This document shows, piece after piece, positions 48,707 to 59,927 of a DNA stretch of 64,000 bases. Numbering within the stretch: the stretch's first letter is position 1; each line of letters opens with the position of its first letter. Origin of the DNA: Euryarchaeota archaeon UBA62 (lineage in GTDB: Archaea > Thermoplasmatota > Poseidoniia > Poseidoniales > Thalassarchaeaceae). Made by a program: the position numbers and the translations under genes. The notes beneath the pieces were generated by a model. The model searched no databases. It was not told the DNA's origin and worked only from the letters and a program-made list of their open reading frames with translations. The stretch spans positions 1,149 through 65,148 of the forward strand of contig DAPJ01000022.1 of NCBI GenBank assembly GCA_002502095.1, in the 5' to 3' direction.

Positions 48707-50989
48707 TCATAGCTTCTGCCAGTCGTGCCTCTGAGCGTCCACTGCACAGATTGCCGCCATATGGACCACATCTCTCACACTATCTCCTCTTTGCAATACG
48801 TGTGCGGGCTTTGAAAGTCCCTCTAGAATTGGGCCAGTCATCTCTGCTCCTGCGATCCTCTGAAGAAGTTTGTAGGCAATGTTTGCAGATGCTAGGTTGG
48901 GACAAATGAGAATATTTGCCGGTCCATCGAATGACATGAACGGATATTCCTTCTGAATCTCTGGTACTAAAGCCGTATCGGCTTGCATCGGGCCATCGAT
49001 GATTAGGTCTGGATCAAGCTCTCTAGCGATTGAGATAGCTTCCTCGACCCTATCGGTTCTCATTTCCGATGAGGTGCCGAAGTTAGAGAATGAAAGCATT
49101 GCAACTCTTGGTTTGACGCCGAATCTCCTGGCTACCTTGGCAGTCTGTACTGCTATCTCTGCTAAAGTCCTAGAATCGGGGTAGATATTGATAGTGGCGT
49201 CACCAATGAACATCAGATCACCATTCACAGTCATCATATACATCCCTACTATTCTGTGGGAGTCCTTCTCGGGACCTATGATTTGTAAGCAGGGTTTAAC
49301 GATATCCGGATAGTGATGGGATACCCCCCCAAGATATCCATCAGCATCTCCCATGTGGACCATCATAGGTGCGAAATAGGTTGAGTTCTTCATTAGACGG
49401 GTTGCATCTTCCAAGGTAACGCCCTTCCTACCCCTGATTTTGTGTAATTCCTCAGCATAAGTTCCTCTCCTTCTTGGATCGTATCTCACGTCTATCTCCT
49501 CACATTCGAAGCTTAATCCAAGCTCCTCTTTGACTGCTCCGATTCTATTTATGTTTCCAAGCAGTATTGGTTCGCAAATACCTTCAGAGATACATTGAGA
49601 TGCTGCCTTGATTACTGTGGGGTCCTCCCCCTCACAGAACACAATTCTCTTCTTATCCCTCTTGGCTTGATTGATGACCCTTCTCATTATTGATCTTGTG
49701 AGACCCAGTCTTGCTTCGAGCTCTTCTCTGTACCCCTCATAGCTGAAGTCGTTGGATGATATTCCTGCTACTCCCTCCTCAACGGCGGCGGCCGCCACAG
49801 CACTTGCTTCCCAAATGAGAACTCTGGCATCGAATGGCTTTGGAATGATATATTCTGGTCCAAATTGAATCTGCTCTCCATCATAGGCGGAAAGAACGTC
49901 ATCAGGCACTGTCTCCCTGGCTAGTTCTGCGATTGCCTTTGTGGCCGCCATCTTCATGCCCTCAGTAATCCTAGTAGCTCTTACATCAAGAGCGCCCCTG
50001 AAGATGTAAGGAAATCCTAGGACATTGTTAATCTGATTAGGATAGTCTGACCTACCGGTGGCGATAATCGCGTCATCTCTCACCGACATTACATCCTCGG
50101 GCAGAATTTCAGGATCGGGATTGGCAAGAGCGAAAATGAGGGGTCTTTCAGCCATTGATTTGACCATTTCTGAGGATACTAGGCCGCCCTTTGACAGGCC
50201 CAAGAAAACGTCAGAACCAACCATGGCCTCAGAGATACTTCCATCGGGCAGATTCCTCACGAATTCAGCTTTGTATTCATTCAATTCCCCAGATTCCAGC
50301 CTGGTATTGGTTAATATTCCCTTTGAGTCTACCATCACAATGTTCGTCTTGTTTACTCCTAACCTCACGTAATGCCGAGCGCAAGATATTGCTGAAGCTC
50401 CAGCTCCAGAAATTACTATTTTGACTTCTGAGATTTCTTTATCTACTAATTCGAGACCGTTCAGAAGCGCCGCACCAGATATGATAGCTGTCCCATGCTG
50501 ATCATCATGCATTACTGGAATGTCTAGCTCTTCCACAAGTCTTCTCTCAATCTCAAAACATTCTGGAGCTTTGATATCTTCAAGATTGATTCCTCCGAAG
50601 GTGGGAGCAATGGCTTTGACAGTGTCGACGAAACCATCAACATCGATCTTGTCCACCTCAATGTCGAAGACATCGATATCGGCGAATGCCTTGAACAGTA
50701 ACCCCTTTCCTTCCATAACCGGTTTACCTGCAAGCGGTCCTATGTCACCAAGTCCGAGAACGGCAGTACCGTTGCTTACTACTGCTACCAGATTACCCTT
50801 CGAGGTGTATCTGTAAGCACTATCTGGATCAGTCTCTATCTCCTTGCATGGGAACGCAACCCCGGGCGAATATGCCAGAGATAGCTCGTGGGAAGTTCCA
50901 TGCGGTTTTGTAGGAACTACAGTAAGCTTTCCAGCAGGCTTTGCCGCGTGATAGTCCAATGCTTCCTTGCGGAGCCTGTCATCTGTCAT
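48707..50989 (-). CDS. maeB: NADP-dependent malic enzyme, MaeB type (malic enzyme domain fused to a PTA-like C-terminal domain)
   Basis: [39 protein letters not shown] and ISGAGASA are present, plus a ~330-aa phosphotransacetylase-like C-terminal half. The likely start is Met11 ([11 protein letters not shown]); the track start is 51019. Confidence 0.9.
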   Translation of the reverse strand: MTDDRLRKEALDYHAAKPAGKLTVVPTKPHGTSHELSLAYSPGVAFPCKEIETDPDSAYRYTSKGNLVAVVSNGTAVLGLGDIGPLAGKPVMEGKGLLFKAFADIDVFDIEVDKIDVDGFVDTVKAIAPTFGGINLEDIKAPECFEIERRLVEELDIPVMHDDQHGTAIISGAALLNGLELVDKEISEVKIVISGAGASAISCARHYVRLGVNKTNIVMVDSKGILTNTRLESGELNEYKAEFVRNLPDGSISEAMVGSDVFLGLSKGGLVSSEMVKSMAERPLIFALANPDPEILPEDVMSVRDDAIIATGRSDYPNQINNVLGFPYIFRGALDVRATRITEGMKMAATKAIAELARETVPDDVLSAYDGEQIQFGPEYIIPKPFDARVLIWEASAVAAAAVEEGVAGISSNDFSYEGYREELEARLGLTRSIMRRVINQAKRDKKRIVFCEGEDPTVIKAASQCISEGICEPILLGNINRIGAVKEELGLSFECEEIDVRYDPRRRGTYAEELHKIRGRKGVTLEDATRLMKNSTYFAPMMVHMGDADGYLGGVSHHYPDIVKPCLQIIGPEKDSHRIVGMYMMTVNGDLMFIGDATINIYPDSRTLAEIAVQTAKVARRFGVKPRVAMLSFSNFGTSSEMRTDRVEEAISIARELDPDLIIDGPMQADTALVPEIQKEYPFMSFDGPANILICPNLASANIAYKLLQRIAGAEMTGPILEGLSKPAHVLQRGDSVRDVVHMAAICAVDAQRHDWQKL

Positions 50990-51168
50990 ACCAACAACCC
51001 GTAATCCCGTCCTACCCACCCCTCTTTGATGCTATCCTAACCTGCTCAATTTTATTATCAGCCGACTAGTAAGCGTTTAATGTGATGATTAGGAGGTACA
51101 GTTTACTGTTTTTCCACCTTCGGTGGATGTAAGCATGTATCACTCAACGACCCACACCATTCAATATA

Positions 51169-54100
51169 GTGATAGAATGCCGAACCTCCGTGCATACACT
51201 AGGTTCTGACTCGGGGACTGCTCCTAAGAGGAGTGCCCTGTTGCTTGTAGGACTGATGGTCCTCCTTCCGTGGTCCTCATTTGGAGACTATGAATTGGTT
51301 GATACTGAGGAGTCGTCATATACAGTCCAGAGGGCATGGGGTTCATCTGGTTACAACGACACTGGATGGGTCGATCTTGTCGCATCTGGCGCGGACCCCA
51401 CAAACCAGACTTTTGCCTATGGGGACATGTTTCTGAATTTCGCCCCGGGTGCGGAGATATCTAACCTGACCTTCGAGATAGCAGTAGATGGCGCCGAGGA
51501 TTATTGCGTTGATGAGCCACAGCTGACCCTGATCAATAGTCAGACACCGATTCTAGATTGGAGGGGTAATGATTGGCTAGGTTGCCAGTTTGACTTCAAT
51601 GATAACCCTCCAAGTCTGGTAGGGGGGGAGCTTTCCACATCCTTACAGCCAAATTCTGTTAGTGACGCTGCTTGGGTCCTCCCAGCAGGGATCTCAATCT
51701 CAGATTTGGTGATAGAAGCATTAACACCGTCTGATCCTAGGATATCTTTCTCTCCTACCGAAGTAGAAGTTCATGGCAGTGCAGTGAATCCCATTGATGG
51801 TAGGCTTTACGTCCTGCTTGGGGATGATTTGATTCATCTGGATAGTAGCGCTTCCGAGGCCTGTCAATGGAGATGCCCTGGAATAATTCTCATAGACGAG
51901 CTTGTCTATGGGAGGAGTATTTCCATTGACACAGCTGGCAATAGGCTCGTAGTTGGTACTGCCAATGGGACCATAGTAACCCAGTCACTGGTAGACTCTT
52001 CCGAGGGAGCTGTACTACAGCCTGGTGGAACGGGGGAGCTGGGAGTCTCTGCCACCACAACTGGGGCAGATGGGGTGATATGGGCAGTGACCGGCTGTGA
52101 TTTGAGATTCCTTCCTCCAGGAGACGGGAGCGGTGCACTGACCAACTGGGAGGAGTACCAATTCTGCTCTTCTTCCTCTGATCAAGCTACAGACATACTG
52201 GTGAACTCGGGAAGCTTGATGATTTCTACTGGGGCAAACGGCGTCTACGTCATTAATTACAATCTCAGTAGTAATCAATCCTTGGTGGGCATACAGAGTA
52301 TTGACAGATGGGATAGTGGCAACTTCCTCGCAAGCAACAGAATCACTGATTTGCAGATGATGGGGAATCAGCTACTAATCTCCACAGAGAATGCGGGAAT
52401 CAGCAGAAGAGATATGTCAACCTCTACTTGGCTTTCGAGGTGGTCTACAGGGAACGCACTCGCTTCCAATAATGTAATTGGGACTTCAGTATCTAATGGT
52501 TGGCTACACGTTCTTGCAGGAAACACACTTCAGTCATACGAAATTTCTGCGGGAGTTTTCAGAGCTCAGGAAACCATGCAAGGTATTGGATTACTGGATA
52601 ATGCAGTTTCGATTTCATCATGGCCCTCTGGCGTTGGATTCAGAGGACCTGCTGTCGGGATGTCAGTTCTCATAGACTCTACTGGTGTGATGGCCATGCA
52701 ACATGAAGATTCTCCGATGGGAGTGGAGTACCTAGTTAGTAGCCCAGTTACTGACCCCATGAGATTAGCAGTAAGTATAGACGATAGTGAAGATGGTCAG
52801 ATATGGGTGGCAGGCGATACAACGATTGACAGATTCAATAATTCTGGAAGAAGATGGTCGAGCCCCATTGATGTGAGTGATTACGCTGGTCAGCAGATGC
52901 AATCCGTGACCTCGATTGTTCAGGATGACTCTGGCCAGGTATGGGTCGGAACTGCCGAATCCGGACTACTGAGATTCGATTCGGAGACAGGTGCGTACCA
53001 AGGAGGCATGAGTGGGCTCGGTTCTGATAGCATCATTTCGATGTCGTACGATGATTACACGCAAACTCTTGTGGTTGGGCACCCAGAGAATGGGGTCTCA
53101 CTAGTCAATACTTCCACGATAAGTCTCACTGATACATACGATACTGGCGATGGTTTGGATTCAGACTTGGTAGTGGATGTTGCTTCCAGGTACGGAATAG
53201 CATACATGGCTACTCCAGACAGCGGGCTGATGAGATTGGATTTGGCGGAGTTACAGATTCTAGGTTCTTGGCAGTCTCTCGGAGCGGATAATCTAGAAGA
53301 AGCTCCGATAGCCGTAGATGGGGATACTGTTTACCTTGGGCTAACTGGATTCGGAATAATGGTACTCGATAGGATCAACGGAGATATCAGAGACCTTCTA
53401 ACGGTTGATAATAGTGGCCTCCCAGATAATGATGTACTGTCTCTGTACATCTATGGTGGGGATTTGGTTGTCGGATCAAGAGTGGCGAATACAGGTGCTC
53501 AATCGAATGGTGGCCTTGCTATCTGGGATGGGGCATCTTGGGATCAGCTCGAAACGAATATTCCGGGGTGGAACAATGACCCCTGGGAATTCAATGATAT
53601 CACCAGCGATGGTTCAGATATTTATGCCGCTACAAATAGGGGAGCCTGTGCATGGGGAGATACCGGGCAGGGTACACTGGATCTACTTGAGTGCCTTACC
53701 ACTGGCGGTGGTTCGGAAATGCCGTCTCGGCAGGTAAACTCTGTCGATCTGATTGGTAATGACTCGGATGGGTATCCGATACTTTACGCCGGAACTGATG
53801 GCGGTGCAGTAGTAGTAGATACCAGCGAGCTTGGTGGTGTTGATGGTTTTGAAATCATTGATGTTTGGACCGCCGGTGACGACACTCAGCGTGCGAAGAC
53901 CGTGAAGATAGGAGAGATACTCTATCTCGGATTTGAGAATACTGGAATTGCCAGATATGACTTGGCCAACGAGGAGTGGCTTACCACTTGGGACAGCACG
54001 CAGGGATACATCGATGATGATGATGTCACTACACTGATTCCAGGCCGGCAGAGCGGGACAATGTGGGCAGGAGGAGATTTTGGACTTACCCTAATAGATG

Positions 54101-57100
54101 TGATTAATGATACGGTTCTCATCGACTGGGATAGAGGATCTAATACCAATGGCCCAGATGTTCCCTCGAGAAGTCCCGCTGAAATGATAATCATAGGGGA
54201 TGTTCTCTACTATTCCACCCAGAGGAGTAATCAGTGGTGGAACTCAAATGATGAGGTTTACAGAATTGCGCTGAATAACAATACTTCACTTTCTGCCTTG
54301 GATGCTGGCAGTCAGATTGGATCCAGCTCCAAGGTGTATGGCATGGGCGTGGTTGGAAACGAGCTCTGGATTGGTGTAAGACCAACTCAGTCATGGAACG
54401 ACGGAGAGGGGACAATTGTCAGGTGGAACACTATCAATGAGACATGGCAGGACGATCTTGAGACCATTGGTAACGTCCAGAGAGTTAACGCCCAGCTTCT
54501 TGGTGACTGCTTCCCACTGAATTCTTCCTCCTGTGAGATGTGGGTAGCATACGGGGATAGTATCCTACGGAGATTCCAATATTCCTCCATGACGCTCTTG
54601 GACGAGTGGTCTGACTTCCCCGGTCCTGTTAGAGGAATGGAGGAGTTCCAGGGAGAGTACCTGTTCGCGACAATGGATGGTATATACCGATGGAATCCCA
54701 TCAACGAGACATTCGAAAACGCGTGGACGGAAAACGACGGGCTTCCGAATGACGTAGAAGACGGTTTCTTTTCCATGGAGATAGTTGGAGATGACCTATG
54801 GGTTTCTTCTCACCGTCAGGGAAGCTGGAATTCTAATGCTCAGATACTCAATAAAAATGGTACCAGTGGTAACTGGACTACTTGGGATCTCGGCTCGGGT
54901 GACATCCCAGGAGGATACGGGGCTGACATACTCGTTTGCGATGAGATAATACACTTTGCAATTGGTAGGCTTTCCTGGTTTGGCAATCAAGGGGGAGTAG
55001 CTAGATTCGACTTAGCAGACCATGACAATGATGGCATCACCAATGAGTGGATCGACCCTCTCACGGATGGTGGAAATAACGGACTCTCCGATGATGATCC
55101 CCGCGCACTCGCCTGCGATGATGCCAATCGAATACTCTATGTGGGCTTCGATACAACTGGAGTCGGACTTGATAGATTCAACTACAACACAGAGAGCTTC
55201 CTACCTACTCTAACTTCAGCAGATGGGATTTCGGAAGACCTGATATTCCCCGGTGGGATGCTTCATGATGGCAATGTACTCCTTTCTGCTCACCAATATG
55301 ACAACACTGGTGGAATCTCGAGAATAGTGACATCGGGGACATCTGTATCAAGTGGACAGGTTCTGAGTCCGGGAATGGACGGGTGCTCAATTGTCAGAGT
55401 TCCTGCCAACACTCCCACATACGCTATTGGAAGGTCTGGACAGACCACGGGCTTGAACCGGGTTGACATGTTAGACAGTACTGGCCTCATAGCTTCAGGG
55501 TTTGATGAGCTTGCAGGCCTCTCTAGCGGACGGGTCGTCGAGTTCGAAGCGAACTCGACTCACGTATGGGTTGCGTCAACATTCGACAGTAACTCCTTCT
55601 TCGCTACATCCATACTACAGGGAGAAATACTACAGAACGGATCTGTAAGGTGGGAATATGGCTACAATCTACTCGATGACGATGTGATCAACAGCATGCA
55701 TCTCGATGGAGACACAATGTGGGTAACCACAGCTGGCAGAGGTCTGTATTCTATCGATCTATTGCAAAGGTCCTACTCATCTACTGCTCCTGCCCTTCAC
55801 GGACAGATGGATGGAATGGTACTTGATGATGATGATGGCATGCTATACGTCGGACTAATGGGTAATGAGGGATCTGCAGCAGGCTTCCAGTCATTTGATA
55901 CTACTTCACTTAGCTGGGGCGATGGAAGCTTGCTCGCCGGACTTCCAAATGACATAGTAAAGGACTTCGTTGGATTGGGTGATAAGATACTGACGGCTAC
56001 ATGGGGGGGAATAGCTGTTTTCAATACAAGCTTGGATGAGTGGGAAGACCCGATAACTACCTTCGACGGCCTACCGAGTTCGATATATGATCATCTACTG
56101 GTAGTTAATACACCAACACTCGGAGAAACCATCCTTGCTGGAGGACCTGCTGGAGTGACAATACTAGACTCTAACCTCACAGTTGTGACGACTAGAGGAT
56201 TCTCTGATGGACTTGCGGGTAACAGTATTTCTGGTCTCTTCTACGCAGACAGCATCAGTAGGCAAGTAACAGACGAAAACGGTGTGACGGTAACTGAGTA
56301 CCACGACGAATCAGTATTCATCTCTCATAACGGACAAGGAGCCACGAGACCGGGGGTTGTTGCATGGGATATAGCCACAGATATGGTTAATGGAACTTAT
56401 CAGATTGACAAGATTCCCAGCAATGACGTTCGATCAATCGCAGCGGATGACTGGGGGGTCCACATAGCTACAGATATCTCTCCGATAGTTCACTGGAATT
56501 CATCCTCGCTAGACATGGAGGTTGGGGCCCCGACAAATTCAATGATGTCCTGGCCTCCAAGTGAACTAGTTTCCCACGGCGGGAATCTAGTCATGATCAG
56601 TCCGGGTGGAATAGATGTGATGAGTAGTGCTGGAGACCATCTGGTGAAATCACAATCAGGCCTGTTCTCAGACCCAAGGGGAGCACATGTTAGTGACAAT
56701 GGCCTCTATCTGGTATCAGATGATGGGCTTCATCACTTCACACCTGTTGACGGTCTTGTGGAGTCAGATACTAGCGGACAAAGAAATGCAAACCCCTTGA
56801 ATATCATTATTGGAGACAGGACTTGGTCGGAAGTTAATGAAACGGCTAGGCCCGGGATGAGTACTGTCTTAGTCAATGATGAGCAACCCATTGATATTCC
56901 GTTAATGTCTGATTCAGTCCTTCCGGGTAGGCTTCCAATGAATCCCCTTGCGATGACCATGTCTTCACCAGAAGCTGGGGCTTGGGTGTGGGCGAGATCA
57001 TCATTCCTCAACTATTCTGGGAGCTGGGATATGCAGACGATGAACCCCGGGATACAGTCAGCTTTCCAGTCCGCAATATCACAAGTTGGACCGGGTTATT

Positions 57101-59886
57101 CTTCTGCTGAGACTCATATCCAGTTACAATCACCTAGTGACGGTAAAATGAAAGTTAGAATCACTTACGATTGGGAGAGGATTGAGGTTCCCACGAATAT
57201 AGTCAATATTACTGACAGGCCCAATGATGGAGGCGGAGTCCTGGAAGTAACTTGGCTGCCCGCTGAAGATGCCGCATGGAGCGGTTATAGGATATTCGTT
57301 TGGGACGCAACAGGAAGGGAGGACTGGAACCCAAGCGAGGATGAGTTAGATGACTTCTCAACTTATGTCACAATTCCATTCTGGTCACAGACTTCGGTTA
57401 TGGTAACTGAGGCGGACAATGACGGAGTCACAGAGGCATTGTCCGACGACAGATTATACAGGGCCGCCATATCAATAGAGTACCCTGACGGGACTATAGG
57501 AGATGCGATTGCGTGGCCAGGTAGTGTTACACCAACTGATGAGATGCCTAGTCCGCCGGATTGGTTGATTGCTGAGGCAATATCCGGGGGGACCGCAGGG
57601 AGTCTTGTCCTCGAGTGGTCTATGTGCGAAGAGCTAGATCCAGGAAGTACTAGGATATGGGCTGCTGAACAGGATATCACTAATGCTATTGCTCTCACGG
57701 GAGAGGTAGACATACCATTCTCTTCAGGTAACTCTACGGTAATGGAGCTGTCCCCTCAGAGAGTATACTGGTTTGCTGCCGCTTGTGTTGATGCTTCCGG
57801 ACAATACGACCCGAGCAATGTCACTACCTTTGGGCCAGTCACCACAGCAGGTGGCCTCAACGATGGCATCGCACCCTCGATGATACTAGGGACTGCTGCT
57901 GAGGACGTTCCAGAAGATGAGGGAGGCAGGATTGAGGTTACTTGGGACATAAATGAAGAGGAAGACTGCTCATTCTACACAGTTTATGCCCTTCCTGCAT
58001 CTGGTTGGCAACCTCCCAGTACAGTTGACGGATGGCCTGTGGCAGAATTTATTCCAGATTGCGACGTAAGCGAGGTTATTATTGACTCACTTGGTTCATC
58101 TCCTTTGCAAGATGGAGTAACTTATTGGATTGGAGTAGTTGCATCTGACGACTGGGGCAACTCTAACGTAGATTCGGTTATGGTAGTTGAGGCCACTCCA
58201 GAGGCCGACCAAGAAGGCTCTGCTAATGCGCCTGATAGGGTAGAAGGATTGATCGCTTGGGACCACCCAGAGGATGATGGCACTAAGATTGATATTGTAT
58301 GGAATAGATCTACAGCATCCGACTTCAGCTACTACACCGTGTGGGTGTCAGATTACCCTCTAAATGATTTGAGTGGACTGAGTGAAGTATGCACCAATGA
58401 TCCTTCTTCATGTAATCTAATTGTAGTCGATCAGAGGCAAATTGGTGGTGTACTTCAGTTACAGATGACCATCGAAGAGGCCATGTACGGAAACTCAGTA
58501 GATTCACTTGAGGTATCTCCCATAGTACCGGATATTCCACTATATGTCGCAGTAACAGTTCATGACATCAAGGGAAATGTTTTCCTGACAGGTCTTGACA
58601 ATCATATCTCGATAGTCACACCTGTAGATAACAGAGGAGATATTACCCCTCCTGACAGGATGATAGCTCCCATTCTAGAGGAGAGGTTGGGTGATGATGG
58701 AGATGGTATGTTTGTTACATTCCAGGAGAGTATGGCTTCAGACTTGTATGAATACCTGATATTCGCTGACGTAGTTCCTTTCTCTGATGCTAGCAACATG
58801 AATCCAGTAGCAGTAGTTGAGAGGAGCTCTCAACTGCCGATCACAATCGAAGAACTCTCGGATGGGAGAAGTCTTGCTCCATCGATAATGACGTGGGTCA
58901 CGGTAGTTCCTGTGGACTCTTCAGGAAATGCATGGCTAACCAATCTTAGGACTTCATCAATAGCACTAGTCGATGAGAACAGTCTCGATCCGGGGTTACA
59001 TCTGCCAGAGGTAACTGGAGTACGTGGATACTGGGACAGTTCTGGTTCACAAATTGATATTACTTGGGATCTCAGTCAGGATTCCCAAGTACAGTCATAT
59101 CGAGTATTTGTAAGTCTTGATCCATTCGAGGATGTCAGAAATGCTACACAAGTAAGCTCGATGATAGATGGAAGCTCTAAGGAAGTGATGGGCAACCTAC
59201 TGATTCTGAATGAGTTTGATGGGGGACCCTTGGACAATACCTTGTCTTACTGGGTCGTTGTAGTGGCGTTCGATGGAGAGGTCAACAGGTTGGCAGTCGA
59301 TCCACTACAGATTCTGCCATGGTCGGAGAGCTCTTTCGGCTCTTCCGAAGATGGGGGAGGTGAGGAAGGAGCATCTTGGATTGATCAGCTAATGAGTGGA
59401 GATATGAACACACTGATAGCGCTATTATCGGCTCTGATGATTCTGGCCGGAGCTGTACTATTCATCAGACCGAGGAAGGATTCTGCGCCCCAGCCTTGGG
59501 AGATGGGTGCTCTCGAAGTTGAGCTAGAGGAGCAGATGATGAGGGAGTCTTCGGGGTTAGCTGAAGAAGAAGAGTTCGGACTAGATGACCTGGAGCTTTC
59601 TTCTGATTCATTCGGAGAAGAGCCAGACTCACCATCAGTAAGTTACGATGGAATGGGGGAGGATGCCATGGTACAACCAATTGGAGGAGAGTACACCGGA
59701 ATCACGAGAGAGGCTTCAGCGGAAGTGGCTGATGAGCTTCTAGGAGTAGAAGATGACGGTGAATTGGATATTGATGATCTCGATGATTTGGCTGATGGAT
59801 TGGATTTTGAGGATCTAGATGACCTCGCAGAAGGGCTTGACGATGATGATGACTTAGACCCCTCCTTTATCGATGAAATAATTTGA
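51169..59886 (+). CDS. Giant (2905 aa) surface protein: signal/anchor, ~1900 aa of beta-propeller-type repeats, six FN3-like modules, one TM helix, acidic cytoplasmic tail
   Basis: The frame is uninterrupted for 8.7 kb. The N-terminal hydrophobic segment is ALLLVGLMVLLPW. Many segments resemble two-component-regulator-propeller repeats (VTSIVQDDSGQVWVGTAESGLLRFD, GLPDNDVLSLYIYGGDLVVGS). The C-terminal modules look like GGVLEVTWLP...YRIFVW. The TM is LIALLSALMILAGAVLFI (nt about 59410-59470). Confidence 0.85.
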   Translation: MIECRTSVHTLGSDSGTAPKRSALLLVGLMVLLPWSSFGDYELVDTEESSYTVQRAWGSSGYNDTGWVDLVASGADPTNQTFAYGDMFLNFAPGAEISNLTFEIAVDGAEDYCVDEPQLTLINSQTPILDWRGNDWLGCQFDFNDNPPSLVGGELSTSLQPNSVSDAAWVLPAGISISDLVIEALTPSDPRISFSPTEVEVHGSAVNPIDGRLYVLLGDDLIHLDSSASEACQWRCPGIILIDELVYGRSISIDTAGNRLVVGTANGTIVTQSLVDSSEGAVLQPGGTGELGVSATTTGADGVIWAVTGCDLRFLPPGDGSGALTNWEEYQFCSSSSDQATDILVNSGSLMISTGANGVYVINYNLSSNQSLVGIQSIDRWDSGNFLASNRITDLQMMGNQLLISTENAGISRRDMSTSTWLSRWSTGNALASNNVIGTSVSNGWLHVLAGNTLQSYEISAGVFRAQETMQGIGLLDNAVSISSWPSGVGFRGPAVGMSVLIDSTGVMAMQHEDSPMGVEYLVSSPVTDPMRLAVSIDDSEDGQIWVAGDTTIDRFNNSGRRWSSPIDVSDYAGQQMQSVTSIVQDDSGQVWVGTAESGLLRFDSETGAYQGGMSGLGSDSIISMSYDDYTQTLVVGHPENGVSLVNTSTISLTDTYDTGDGLDSDLVVDVASRYGIAYMATPDSGLMRLDLAELQILGSWQSLGADNLEEAPIAVDGDTVYLGLTGFGIMVLDRINGDIRDLLTVDNSGLPDNDVLSLYIYGGDLVVGSRVANTGAQSNGGLAIWDGASWDQLETNIPGWNNDPWEFNDITSDGSDIYAATNRGACAWGDTGQGTLDLLECLTTGGGSEMPSRQVNSVDLIGNDSDGYPILYAGTDGGAVVVDTSELGGVDGFEIIDVWTAGDDTQRAKTVKIGEILYLGFENTGIARYDLANEEWLTTWDSTQGYIDDDDVTTLIPGRQSGTMWAGGDFGLTLIDVINDTVLIDWDRGSNTNGPDVPSRSPAEMIIIGDVLYYSTQRSNQWWNSNDEVYRIALNNNTSLSALDAGSQIGSSSKVYGMGVVGNELWIGVRPTQSWNDGEGTIVRWNTINETWQDDLETIGNVQRVNAQLLGDCFPLNSSSCEMWVAYGDSILRRFQYSSMTLLDEWSDFPGPVRGMEEFQGEYLFATMDGIYRWNPINETFENAWTENDGLPNDVEDGFFSMEIVGDDLWVSSHRQGSWNSNAQILNKNGTSGNWTTWDLGSGDIPGGYGADILVCDEIIHFAIGRLSWFGNQGGVARFDLADHDNDGITNEWIDPLTDGGNNGLSDDDPRALACDDANRILYVGFDTTGVGLDRFNYNTESFLPTLTSADGISEDLIFPGGMLHDGNVLLSAHQYDNTGGISRIVTSGTSVSSGQVLSPGMDGCSIVRVPANTPTYAIGRSGQTTGLNRVDMLDSTGLIASGFDELAGLSSGRVVEFEANSTHVWVASTFDSNSFFATSILQGEILQNGSVRWEYGYNLLDDDVINSMHLDGDTMWVTTAGRGLYSIDLLQRSYSSTAPALHGQMDGMVLDDDDGMLYVGLMGNEGSAAGFQSFDTTSLSWGDGSLLAGLPNDIVKDFVGLGDKILTATWGGIAVFNTSLDEWEDPITTFDGLPSSIYDHLLVVNTPTLGETILAGGPAGVTILDSNLTVVTTRGFSDGLAGNSISGLFYADSISRQVTDENGVTVTEYHDESVFISHNGQGATRPGVVAWDIATDMVNGTYQIDKIPSNDVRSIAADDWGVHIATDISPIVHWNSSSLDMEVGAPTNSMMSWPPSELVSHGGNLVMISPGGIDVMSSAGDHLVKSQSGLFSDPRGAHVSDNGLYLVSDDGLHHFTPVDGLVESDTSGQRNANPLNIIIGDRTWSEVNETARPGMSTVLVNDEQPIDIPLMSDSVLPGRLPMNPLAMTMSSPEAGAWVWARSSFLNYSGSWDMQTMNPGIQSAFQSAISQVGPGYSSAETHIQLQSPSDGKMKVRITYDWERIEVPTNIVNITDRPNDGGGVLEVTWLPAEDAAWSGYRIFVWDATGREDWNPSEDELDDFSTYVTIPFWSQTSVMVTEADNDGVTEALSDDRLYRAAISIEYPDGTIGDAIAWPGSVTPTDEMPSPPDWLIAEAISGGTAGSLVLEWSMCEELDPGSTRIWAAEQDITNAIALTGEVDIPFSSGNSTVMELSPQRVYWFAAACVDASGQYDPSNVTTFGPVTTAGGLNDGIAPSMILGTAAEDVPEDEGGRIEVTWDINEEEDCSFYTVYALPASGWQPPSTVDGWPVAEFIPDCDVSEVIIDSLGSSPLQDGVTYWIGVVASDDWGNSNVDSVMVVEATPEADQEGSANAPDRVEGLIAWDHPEDDGTKIDIVWNRSTASDFSYYTVWVSDYPLNDLSGLSEVCTNDPSSCNLIVVDQRQIGGVLQLQMTIEEAMYGNSVDSLEVSPIVPDIPLYVAVTVHDIKGNVFLTGLDNHISIVTPVDNRGDITPPDRMIAPILEERLGDDGDGMFVTFQESMASDLYEYLIFADVVPFSDASNMNPVAVVERSSQLPITIEELSDGRSLAPSIMTWVTVVPVDSSGNAWLTNLRTSSIALVDENSLDPGLHLPEVTGVRGYWDSSGSQIDITWDLSQDSQVQSYRVFVSLDPFEDVRNATQVSSMIDGSSKEVMGNLLILNEFDGGPLDNTLSYWVVVVAFDGEVNRLAVDPLQILPWSESSFGSSEDGGGEEGASWIDQLMSGDMNTLIALLSALMILAGAVLFIRPRKDSAPQPWEMGALEVELEEQMMRESSGLAEEEEFGLDDLELSSDSFGEEPDSPSVSYDGMGEDAMVQPIGGEYTGITREASAEVADELLGVEDDGELDIDDLDDLADGLDFEDLDDLAEGLDDDDDLDPSFIDEII
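57190..59330 (+). repeat. Six tandem ~110-120 aa FN3-like modules in the giant protein
   Basis: The recurring cores are GGVLEVTWLPAEDAAWSGYRIFVW, GSLVLEWSMCEELDPGSTRIWA, GGRIEVTWDINEEEDCSFYTVYA, GTKIDIVWNRSTASDFSYYTVWV, DGMFVTFQESMASDLYEYLIFA and GSQIDITWDLSQDSQVQSYRVFV. Confidence 0.65.
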
Positions 59887-59927
59887 TCTATCGAAGAGCT
59901 TGAATCTGCAACCCTCTCTCGGGTGCC

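Noticed and set aside
48617-48712. A 31-aa hydrophobic ORF ([31 protein letters not shown]) in the convergent spacer after rpl24e
   Set aside because: It has no SD, overlaps the maeB stop, and lies in a terminator-type convergent spacer. A small membrane peptide cannot be excluded, but the evidence is insufficient.
51114-51126. The mini-hairpin CCACC-ttc-GGTGG upstream of the giant gene
   Set aside because: The stem is only 5 bp and the loop only 3 nt, which is sterically strained. Such a match is expected by chance in a 150-bp spacer.
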